From an uncultured cyanobacterium (GTDB lineage Bacteria; Cyanobacteriota; Cyanobacteriia; Cyanobacteriales; Microcystaceae), in the NCBI GenBank assembly GCA_963807635.1, contig CAWEDJ010000001.1:1-12854 (forward strand): a stretch of DNA of 12,854 nt, given 5' to 3'. Below are positions 1 to 8,064 of this stretch, piece after piece (within the stretch, counting starts at the first letter, position 1; each line of letters opens with the position of its first letter). The notes below the pieces were generated by a model. It worked only from the letters and a program-made list of their open reading frames with translations. It was not told the DNA's origin and searched no databases. The position numbers and the translations under genes are program-made.

Positions 1-583
1 CTGACGATTATCAAAACGATAGGGAGTTCGTAGATTAACGGAGCAAAATCGGACGGCAAACGTAACCTTCCGTGCTTTTCTTTTTCCTGTACTCGGAATT
101 TCATTTCTTGATGACAACGAATCGGTTCTGATTCCATGTTGCCAAAGTCGTTCACTATTTTTGTCTAAACTACGATTATGAGACGCTCTGACCAGCACTC
201 CTGTATGCTTGAGTTGACGCACTGAGTCAAAGACCTGACTTTTCCCGTTAAGTCTGAAAATGACGACAGCATGAGGGTTTCAAGCTCTTTGCCGTTTTCA
301 ATAAACTGGATTTAATGACAATAGCCGACGAGAGAATGAGGCTTTGAGATAGGGAAAAATTAGGTGATTGCTCAAAGAAAAAGATAACGGGATTAGTCAT
401 AGTTAATGTACTTCTGAAACATCTCCTTCTCTGTCAAATACATGAATTACCCTCGTTGAACTTTCTCACCTGTTTCTCACAGGTGTTTAGAGCCTCTACC
501 CATTTGTAGGATTCTTTTTCCTCAAATGGTCTTTGACTAGCTGCTTTTCTTTGTTCTTTCTGTCTTTCTTTTTTCTGCTTCGC
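1..583 (-). pseudogene. IS4-family (Tn5/IS50-like) transposase, internal fragment, frameshifted and split by an insertion
   Basis: Manual minus-strand translation gives AKQKKERQKEQRKAASQRPFEEKESYKWVEALNTCEKQV / VIHVFDREGDVSE | VFDSVRQLKHTGVLVRASHNRSLDKNSERLWQH. EKESxKW and xDREGD are Tn5-like transposase motifs. The 5' part is replaced by ISAs1 at 584 and the gene runs off the window. Confidence 0.85.
235..411. mobile_element. MITE-like non-coding insertion (~177 bp) inside the IS4 transposase
   Basis: Joining 234 to 412 restores the codons DVSEVFDS. Imperfect inverted repeat TGACTTTTCCCGTTA (236-250) / TAACGGGATTAGTCA (385-399), 13 of 15 matching. No convincing TSD (only AC). Confidence 0.7.
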
Positions 584-2092
584 CAGGGTAATCGCATCTT
601 ATTTGTTACAAAAAATACAGACAAAAAGAGAGAAATATAGTGTAAAAAAGAAGCAGTCATCTAAGAGAAGAAAAGGCTATTATTTAAAAAAAGTAAGTGA
701 GTGAGGTTAAAGATGGCAAAAGGCTTCGGCGCAAGAGTTCTAACCCCACAACAAGAAAAAGAAGTCAAAATTATCAAAAGAAGCATACTGAAACATTTTC
801 AGTGCCTAAAAGAACCGAGAACAGGGAGAAGGCAAGACCATAACTTAACAGCAATTGTCACCATAGGAATATTGGCAGTATTGTCAGGGGCAGATGGCTT
901 CGTAGCAATTGAAGCCTATGGCAAAGCCAAACGAGAATGGCTAGAAATGTTTCTAGAGTTACCAAAGGGAATTCCATCTCACGATACCTTTGGAAGAGTA
1001 TTTGGAATGTTGGAAACAGAAGAACTAGAAAAAAGTTTTCTGAGCTGGATAAGCAGTCTAACGGAGAAAATGGACATAGAGCTGATACAGATAGATGGAA
1101 AAACGAAAAGAGGTTCTTATGATAGGGAAAAAGGACTAAAGGCGTTACACAGCATAAGTGCGTGGAGTAGTGAGCGGGGACTGATGTTAGCGCAAAAGAA
1201 AGTAGATAGTAAATCTAATGAAATAAAAGCAGTCCCCTTGTTACTGAAGTTACTTAACATCAAGGGGGCAGTAGTAACCCTAGATGCAATGGGAACGCAG
1301 ACAGAAATCGCAAAACAAATAAAGCAAGGTGAAGGTGACTATGTATTGGCTCTCAAAGGAAATCAGGGCAAACTTAATAAACAAGTTAGGGATTGGTTTA
1401 AACAAGCGGTCGCTCAGAACTGGCAAGGAATTGAATACAGTTATCATGAGAAGACAGAAAAAGGACATTACCGTTTAGAAACTCGTCAAGTCTGGACAGT
1501 GTCAATCAATCAGCTTCCCGCATTGCATCGCCAAAATCAGTGGGTCGGTTTAGCAACTGTTGTGATGGTTAAAAGTAAAACTCAATTCGGTCATAAAACA
1601 ACAGAGGCGTTTCGCTATTATATTAGCAGTCTTCCTACGGATGCCGAACGTCATAGCCATGTGATTCGTTCTCACTGGAGTATTGAAAATAGTCTGCATT
1701 GGGTTTTAGATGTCACTTTTAATGAGGATGCGAGTCGAGTGCGTCAAGGTAATGCGGCTGATAATTTGGGCTTGCTCCGTCGTTTAAGTATTAATTTGCT
1801 TAAACATGAGCCATCTCAAAAAAGCTTGAAGATGAAGCGTTATTTGGCGGCGATGGACAACAATTTTCTTCTACAGGTTTTAGCGGCTAGTTCACGGGAG
1901 TGATATTCATGAGTGTATTTAGCTTCAAATAGGAGGATTGGCAAAATATTGACACCAACAATTATGAATTAGCGAAATTACTTAATCTTTTAGAGTTTAA
2001 GTTGATTTTCTTCTCTTTTTAGTTTTTGATATAGTCTATTTTTAAGCTAGATTTCTTTTTTGATTCCACTCTACTAATATGCGATTACCCTG
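584..2092 (+). mobile_element. ISAs1-family IS, complete copy 1
   Basis: Perfect 14-bp TIRs CAGGGTAATCGCAT (584-597) / ATGCGATTACCCTG (2079-2092) around an intact transposase. The flanks differ (no TSD). Confidence 0.95.
701..1903 (+). CDS. ISAs1-family transposase (intact; GTG at 701 or ATG at 713)
   Basis: Motifs GIPSHDTFGRVF, IDGKT, KSNEI, VTLDAMGTQ, DYVLALKGNQ and RSHWSIENSLHWVLDVTFNED. Confidence 0.95.
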   Translation: MRLKMAKGFGARVLTPQQEKEVKIIKRSILKHFQCLKEPRTGRRQDHNLTAIVTIGILAVLSGADGFVAIEAYGKAKREWLEMFLELPKGIPSHDTFGRVFGMLETEELEKSFLSWISSLTEKMDIELIQIDGKTKRGSYDREKGLKALHSISAWSSERGLMLAQKKVDSKSNEIKAVPLLLKLLNIKGAVVTLDAMGTQTEIAKQIKQGEGDYVLALKGNQGKLNKQVRDWFKQAVAQNWQGIEYSYHEKTEKGHYRLETRQVWTVSINQLPALHRQNQWVGLATVVMVKSKTQFGHKTTEAFRYYISSLPTDAERHSHVIRSHWSIENSLHWVLDVTFNEDASRVRQGNAADNLGLLRRLSINLLKHEPSQKSLKMKRYLAAMDNNFLLQVLAASSRE

Positions 2093-3145
2093 CAGCCGGA
2101 GGAGCTTTAGAAGAGTTACAAAGAATCATCGGAATTATTAGAGCAGAATGGAAAGAGACTCAAATCATAGTTAGAGGTGATAGTGCCTATGCTCGTGAAG
2201 ATATCATGAAATTCTGTGAAGAGCAAGCTGGTGTTGATTATGTGATAGCGATGGCAAGTAATAGCCAATTAAAACTACGAGCGATGGCTACAATTGAGAA
2301 AGCAAAAAGTGATTATGAACAAAGACTGGAACCTGTGACTAAATTAATGGAGACGCTATTTTCGACCGATGACAAATTAGAAGAAGTCGGTGAATTAGTT
2401 CCAGAGTCAACTTTTTATCGCTCCCTTTGCTACAAAACTCAAGAATCTTGGAGTTGTTCAAGAAGAGTGGTCACTAAAGTTTGTTATGGTAGTGGCGGCT
2501 TAAACATTCGTCATGTCGTCACATCTTTACCCGCTTCAAAAATTCCTCCCTCAAAACTTTATACAGAGAAATATTGTCCGAGGGGCGAGATGGAAAATCG
2601 GATAAAAGAACAACAATTAGATTTATTCGCTGACCGCACTTCAACCCAGACATTTGAGAGTAATCAATTAAGACTATGGCTATCCTCAATAGCTTATGTT
2701 TTGATGCAAGCTTTCCGTCAAAATTGTTTATCTAAAACGGCTTTTGCGAAAGCAACGGTAGGAACCATTCGCCTTAATTTTCTGAAATTAGGTGCGAGGA
2801 TTACTGTGAGCGTCAGAAGAATTTTAATCGCCATAGCCAGCTCATGTCCTTATCAAGATATTTTGGCGATTGCTTATTCTCGAATCCAAGAAATTCCTGC
2901 GCCTGGATAAGTCGAATAGTTTTCAAAGATAACAAAATAATCTTGCCAAGGGTTGCTCATCAATTCAGCCCATTTTGTCATGAGAATTTTGACTAACTAA
3001 TTAGATTTTGTCTGTTGCTCCCGAAAAATTTGGCTAATTTTGTCAGCTCATCGCTCGGCAACTTTAAGAATTTCTCTTATTTTTTAAAAGTATCAATTTT
3101 TAACTTCAAAATTAGCTTCTCAATTCAATTTGTGAGAAATGCGGG
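2093..3145 (+). mobile_element. IS1380-family IS, 3' half with right end
   Basis: Transposase C-terminal half followed by a non-coding tail ending TTTGTGAGAAATGCGGG (3145). The same end recurs inverted at 10803. The 5' half is lost at the ISAs1 junction. Confidence 0.88.
2095..2910 (+). pseudogene. IS1380-family transposase, 5'-truncated
   Basis: The frame is open upstream of the 2206 ATG (GALEELQRII...IIVRGDSAYAREDIM). Motifs YCPRGEMENRIKEQQLDLFADRTS and TIRLNFLKLGARI. Confidence 0.88.
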
Positions 3146-3892
3146 ATTGGCTCTCAAAGGAAATCAGGGCAAACTTAATAAACAAGTTAGGGATTGGTTT
3201 AAACAAGCGGTCGCTCAGAACTGGCAAGGAATTGAATACAGTTATCATGAGAAGACAGAAAAAGGACATTACCGTTTAGAAACTCGTCAAGTCTGGACAG
3301 TGTCAATCAATCAGCTTCCCGCATTGCATCGCCAAAATCAGTGGGTCGGTTTAGCAACTGTTGTGATGGTTAAAAGTAAAACTCAATTCGGTCATAAAAC
3401 AACAGAGGCGTTTGCTATTATATTAGCAGTCTTCCTACGGATGCCGAACGTCATAGCCATGTGATTCGTTCTCACTGGAGTATTGAAAATAGTCTGCATT
3501 GGGTTTTAGATGTCACTTTTAATGAGGATGCGAGTCGAGTGCGTCAAGGTAATGCGGCTGATAATTTGGGCTTGCTCCGTCGTTTAAGTATTAATTTGCT
3601 TAAACATGAGCCATCTCAAAAAAGCTTGAAGATGAAGCGTTATTTGGCGGCGATGGACAACAATTTTCTTCTACAGGTTTTAGCGGCTAGTTCACGGGAG
3701 TGATATTCATGAGTGTATTTAGCTTCAAATAGGAGGATTGGCAAAATATTGACACCAACAATTATGAATTAGCGAAATTACTTAATCTTTTAGAGTTTAA
3801 GTTGATTTTCTTCTCTTTTTAGTTTTTGATATAGTCTATTTTTAAGCTAGATTTCTTTTTTGATTCCACTCTACTAATATGCGATTACCTTG
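3146..3892 (+). mobile_element. ISAs1 copy 2, 3' part only (matches 1345-2092)
   Basis: Near-identical to copy 1. A 1-bp deletion near 3413 (TTTCGC to TTTGC) frameshifts it. The right TIR ATGCGATTACCTTG has one mismatch. Confidence 0.93.
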
Positions 3893-4440
3893 GGGGCTAC
3901 CCCTCTCGGTTTTCATTACCGCTTAACTGGGCAATTAAGCCTTGATTCCTCTTGCTTGGAAGCCGCATCTAAACGGGCTGGACGTTTTATTTTAGCTACT
4001 AATGTTCTTGATTCTCAGGTTTTGAGTCCCGACCAGATGTTGGCTGAATATAAGGCTCAACAAAACACCGAGCGCGGCTTTCGCTTTCTCAAAGACCCTT
4101 TCTTTTTTGCCTCTGCTCTTTTTATTCAAGAATCCTCAACGCATTATGGCTTTGATGATGATTATGGTTGTCTCTTTATTGGTTTATACTTTGGCACAAC
4201 GTCGCCTACGACAGGCTTTGGCTCTTGCCCATCAGACTATTCCTAATCAAAAGGGTAAACCGACCGCCATTCCCACTCTGCGTTGGGTCTTTCAGTCTTT
4301 TCTGTTTATCCGTTGGTTAGAGATTGACGGCATTCAAACTATCGTTAATTTGACCTCCAAACACAAACATATTCTTTCCTTTCTTGGCTCTTCATGTCAA
4401 AAGTACTACTTTGTCTCTTGACTTACCTGCGGAATGTGGG
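3893..4440 (+). mobile_element. IS1634-family IS (type a), 3' fragment with right end; transposase frameshifted near 4125, stop at 4421
   Basis: GRFILATN, YKAQQNTERGFRFLKDPFFFAS, PQRIMAL and PNQKGKPTAIPTLRWVFQ. Ends CTGCGGAATGTGGG, the terminus type I associate with cyanobacterial IS1634. Confidence 0.85.
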
Positions 4441-4828
4441 CTTGAATGTTTAGGTCTTCCCCATTCTCACACTTTTTACCCATCAAATCAAGGATGACTG
4501 ACTACTACTTATCTCCTTGTTGACTAAAATCTACTCCCAACTGACTCAATTCTCCCCACACCCTACACCCAGCCTTCTTTTTAAGCTTGTTGTCACCCCT
4601 TCAGCCGTCCGCCTAATTGATTTGACCGCAGGGCGTGGTTTTCTGGGATTCAACCATAGGGGGTTACGGTGGCTCATTGGTGTCAACTTAAGCCAAAAGC
4701 CTTACTAAATAAGGATCGTAGGATGGATTGACGCGATCCTAACCCATCATCAATCAACGATTAATCAAGCGTTATAGTTTCTAATCCTCCGAAATAAGGC
4801 TCAACGGCTCGTCATCAAAACTTCCAAA

Positions 4829-6216
4829 GGGTGTGACCTTTAGTTGATGAAGGGAAAGAAAAGTGTTAACATGAGATGAAAAGTGACAAAGAGGAAACAA
4901 TGATGACAGCAAAACTAATTAATGTAGAGGGTTCAAAGATAAAAATAGAACTAACATTAGAACTCAGTCGTTCAATGTTGGATACAGAAATAAATATTCA
5001 AAAAGGCTTAAACGAAGTAGGTTGCATCGCCAGCAAAGAAGCCTTGAAATATTTAGATACAGATGGTTCACCCTTAAAAATCGGTGAAGAAATCTGGAAG
5101 AGTAAGGGAGAGCAACCGAAAGAATATCAAACACCTTATGGTGAGGTTATAGTGAATCGTCATGTATATCAGCGTTCAGTAGGAGGAAAAACGTATTGCC
5201 CCTTAGAAAAAGAAGCAAGGATAATCATAACATCAACGCCATTATTGGCAAAACAAGTATCCTCAAAAATGTCAGGGATGGCAGGCAAAGAGGTGAAAAA
5301 TGATTTATTAGAAAATCATGGTAGAAAAGTAGCGCTATCCTATATCCAAAGATTGAGTGAAGCAGTAGGAAGTGTGGTACAGGCAAAAGAAGAAGCGTGG
5401 AGTTATGCCCCGCCCAAGGAGGATAGCCAAATTGCAACAGTGGGAATAGGATTAGATGGAACCTGTATGCTGATGTGTGAGGATGGCTACCGTGAAGCAA
5501 TGGTGGGAACCCTTTCCCTATACGATAGTGAGGGAGAACGTCAACATACAATCTATCTAGGTGCGGCACCAGAGTATGGAAAAAAGAGTTTTCTAGAAAG
5601 ATTGGAAAGAGAAATTAGCGAGCGAAAAAACGTTATCCAGAGGCAAAATTGGTCGGTATAGCAGATGGTGCAGAATCAAATTGGAAGTTTTTAGAAAAGC
5701 AAACGGAAGAACAGATATTAGATTTCTATCATGCCTCTGGTTACTTAGGAGCGTTGGCAGAAGCGTTGCATCCTAATACCGTGTCAAAACAAAAAGAATG
5801 GTTGAGTAAAAATTGTCGAGAACTCAAGCATGAAAAAGGAAAAGCAGGAGAACTGCTAAATCTGATGAAAGAAGTCAAAGAAAAAAAAAGTCATTCTAAG
5901 AATCTTACCGAGAAACTACAAGCGGCGATTACTTATTACGAGAATCATCAGCATCAAATGGATTATGCTGAATACATAGAGAAAAAGTATCCGATTGGTT
6001 CAGGTGTTACGGAAGCAGCTTGTAAGACGTTGGTCAAACAACGATTATGTTGTTCAGGGATGCGATGGAAGGAAAAAGGAGCAGGAATTATTTTGAGCCT
6101 ACGAGCTTTGGTATTGACCAAGGAACGATGGAGTCAATTTTGGGCAAAACTTAATCAATATGGGTTCCCTGTAGAACCCTGATTACACCAGCTTTTATCA
6201 ACTAAAGGTCGCACCC
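4829..6216 (+). mobile_element. ISKra4-family IS, full length
   Basis: TIRs GGGTGTGACCTTTAGTTGAT / ATCAACTAAAGGTCGCACCC (19 of 20). Flanking duplication TCCAAA at 4823-4828 and 6218-6223. Confidence 0.9.
4900..6182 (+). pseudogene. ISKra4-family transposase with one frameshift near 5617 (possibly a sequencing error)
   Basis: ORFs 4876-5661 and 5649-6182 are consecutive halves: YQTPYGEV, LDGT, IADGAESNW, LDFYHA, PIGSGVTEAACKTLVKQRL. Confidence 0.85.
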
Positions 6217-6311
6217 GTCCAAAGCCTTAATTAGCAAGAGTTACACATTAAGTTCGACACGGATGACGGTGGCTAAACCCGTAGAAACAAGGGGGCAAAC
6301 AAGCGGAAAAT

Positions 6312-6704
6312 CTACAATTGTTCAAATCCTTTTTTCTTTTTAGCTTGTTTTGCTAATCGTCTTGCCTTACCTGTTTTTCCATCCTGTAAAGCCAGTCGCG
6401 CCACCCGCTTACGTTGATAATCCTTAATCTCTTCCGCTAAAGGATGATTGTCCTGAATCCGAAGATGAGTCAACGAGACAAGATGTACTTCTTTTCCCTC
6501 TTGATCAATTTGAATTGAACAAAGAATGCCACCCTCATCCCCTGTATAGAACACGGAATCTACTGTGAAAATATGATCCTTAGAAAGATTAGAAGCTTGC
6601 TTCCCTAGCTTTTGCTTTGCTTCTGGCGTAATTTTAATCAGAATCGGTAAACTCACTTTCATCTTATCCAGTAACGCGATCGCCTGTTCATAATTATCAA
6701 TCAC
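6312..6704 (-). CDS. Hypothetical protein, 130 aa (GTG start)
   Basis: Uninterrupted ORF with globular composition, a YTGDEGGILC motif, a basic KKKKGF tail and an internal HIP1 site. Function not recognised. Confidence 0.75.
   Translation of the reverse strand: MIDNYEQAIALLDKMKVSLPILIKITPEAKQKLGKQASNLSKDHIFTVDSVFYTGDEGGILCSIQIDQEGKEVHLVSLTHLRIQDNHPLAEEIKDYQRKRVARLALQDGKTGKARRLAKQAKKKKGFEQL
6676..6683. repeat. HIP1 octamer GCGATCGC
   Basis: Exact palindrome. A second copy lies at 7186-7193. Both are in the non-IS island. Confidence 0.85.
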
Positions 6705-6743
6705 AAAAATACTACCTAAATCCTAAATAACCTTGAGATTACT

Positions 6744-7563
6744 ATGCCCCATAGTCTTATTTTAAACCTCCTTCCCCTCTCCCCGATCCCTGTCACTTAC
6801 CTCAGTGGTCGGCACCTCCACGCCCTATTCCTCACCGTCATTAATAGCATTCATCCAGAACTCGCCAACACCCTACATTTTTCCCAATCCGAAAAAGCCT
6901 TCACCCTATCCCCACTACAAATTCATAAACCCTCAACCCAAACCCCCCTATTTTGGCAGTACGATTGCCCCGATTGCTGCCGATAAACCCTGCTGGTGGC
7001 GGATCTCCTTACTCGATAACGTGCTCTTTGCGCAACTCACGCCTCTCTGGCTCAACCTCAATCCCCACAAACCCTGGCACTTAGGCTCTGCCGACCTATT
7101 AATTATCAGCATTCTCGGTACAGCCCAATCAACCCAACCCTTAATGCTTGCTCCTATCCCCAACTCTATGAACAAGCCTCAGAGCGCGATCGCGTCATCA
7201 CCTTTCAATTGGCGACACCCACAACCTTTCGACAAGGAAAATTCGATACCCCCTTACCCACCCCTGAATCGGTCTTTAATAGCTTGCTAAAACGTTGGCA
7301 TAAATATAGCGAAATCGCCTTTGATCCCGCCTTAACCGACCGCGATATTTCCCAGTTATTTTGATATTAAAACCGAAATTATGATTGATTCTCGTAGTAA
7401 ATCCATTGGTTGTGTTGGTACTGTTAGTTATAAACTATTAGGAGAAATTGAGCCTTTACTAATTAAACAAATGAATGTTTTAGCCGATTTTGCTCTTTAT
7501 GCGGGAGTGGGACGCAAAACAACTATGGGAATGGGAATGGTGAGGAGAATGGATAATGGATAA
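6744..7563 (+). pseudogene. cas6: CRISPR-associated endoribonuclease Cas6 (cyanobacterial type I-D-like), three frameshifts (~6965, ~7141, ~7341)
   Basis: Four frame segments rebuild one protein: MPHSLILNL..GRHLHALFL..KAFTLSPLQ / CWWRISLLD..PWHLGSADL / SYPQLYEQAS..TPTTFRQG..VFNSLLKRW / IFPSYFDIKTE..LADFALYAGVGRKTTMGMG. The last motif is the Cas6 Gly-rich loop. Confidence 0.92.
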
Positions 7564-7676
7564 TGGATAATGGATAATTTGCTATAAACTTTTAATATGT
7601 TTCCGTTATCTTCTCCTAAACTTCTAAGATTTAATTATCAATTATTAACTGTCAATTATCCATTATTCACTGTTAT
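7548..7676. repeat. Heptamer tandem repeats (STRR-like) in inverted arrangement
   Basis: (AATGGAT)x4 at 7548-7575 overlaps the cas6 stop. Degenerate complementary units TTATCAA TTATTAA CTGTCAA TTATCCA TTATTCA CTGTTAT lie at 7635-7676. Confidence 0.85.
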
Positions 7677-7712
7677 CGTCACCTAAACTCCTCAGAATTA
7701 ATTATCAATTAT
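7615..7712. repeat. 31-bp imperfect direct repeat, two copies 36 bp apart
   Basis: CCTAAACTTCTAAGATTTAATTATCAATTAT (7615-7645) vs CCTAAACTCCTCAGAATTAATTATCAATTAT (7682-7712), 28 of 31 identical. Confidence 0.8.
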
Positions 7713-8064
7713 GAAAAACATTGTTAAGGAAAAGAGTCTTGATTTTGCTATTCGTATTGTTAATTTATACAAATATTTAACGGATTCTAAAAAAGAATTT
7801 ATTATGTCGAAACAATTACTCCGCTCTGGAACAGCGATCGGAGCTTTAGTTGGAGAATCAGAACACGCGGAAAGCAAAGCTGATTTTATTCATAAATTAT
7901 CCGTTGCCCTTAAAGAAGCAAACGAAACCGATTATTGGCTCGAATTACTCTATCGAACAGAATATCTTACCGAAAAACAATATCAAAGCATTAATGAAAA
8001 TATTATTGAATTACTAAAACTTTTAACTTCCATTATAAATATAGGGTTCTTCTGGTTTTTGTGA
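7711..8064 (+). CDS. Four-helix-bundle protein (23S rRNA intervening-sequence protein / Avd-like family); last ~7 codons supplied by ISL3
   Basis: KSLDFAIRIVNLYKYL..EFIMSKQLLRSGTAIGA..AESKADFIHKLSVALKEANETDYWLELL matches the family signature QLLRSGTSIGAN..EA..A.S..DF..K..IA.KE..ET.YWL. Confidence 0.9.
   Translation: MKNIVKEKSLDFAIRIVNLYKYLTDSKKEFIMSKQLLRSGTAIGALVGESEHAESKADFIHKLSVALKEANETDYWLELLYRTEYLTEKQYQSINENIIELLKLLTSIINIGFFWFL

Larger units (their letters stand above)
4675..6265. mobile_element. MITE (~196 bp net; 4675-4828 plus 6224-6265) with IS4-like ends, split by ISKra4
   Basis: Exact 9-bp TSD ACGGTGGCT at 4666-4674 and 6266-6274. Imperfect TIRs CATTGGTGTCAACTTAA / TTAAGTTCGACACGGATG. 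No coding capacity. Confidence 0.85.

Noticed and set aside
3015..3464. 149-aa ORF, and 10694-10933 with the same N-terminus
   Set aside because: Chimeras of the non-coding IS1380 tail read into ISAs1 sequence. The shared N-terminus only reflects the repeated IS end.
4630..4665. tRNA gene suggested by minus-strand GGTTGAATCCC
   Set aside because: The T-loop lacks the C of TTCGA and I could not build a cloverleaf.
5610..5661. Programmed frameshift in the ISKra4 transposase
   Set aside because: The break is more simply a 1-bp loss near 5617 in a window full of indels. The nearby A6 run is not sufficient evidence.
7582..7712. Canonical CRISPR array after cas6
   Set aside because: Only two good repeats, a low-complexity spacer and no typical repeat hairpin or terminus. 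Kept only as a low-score finding.
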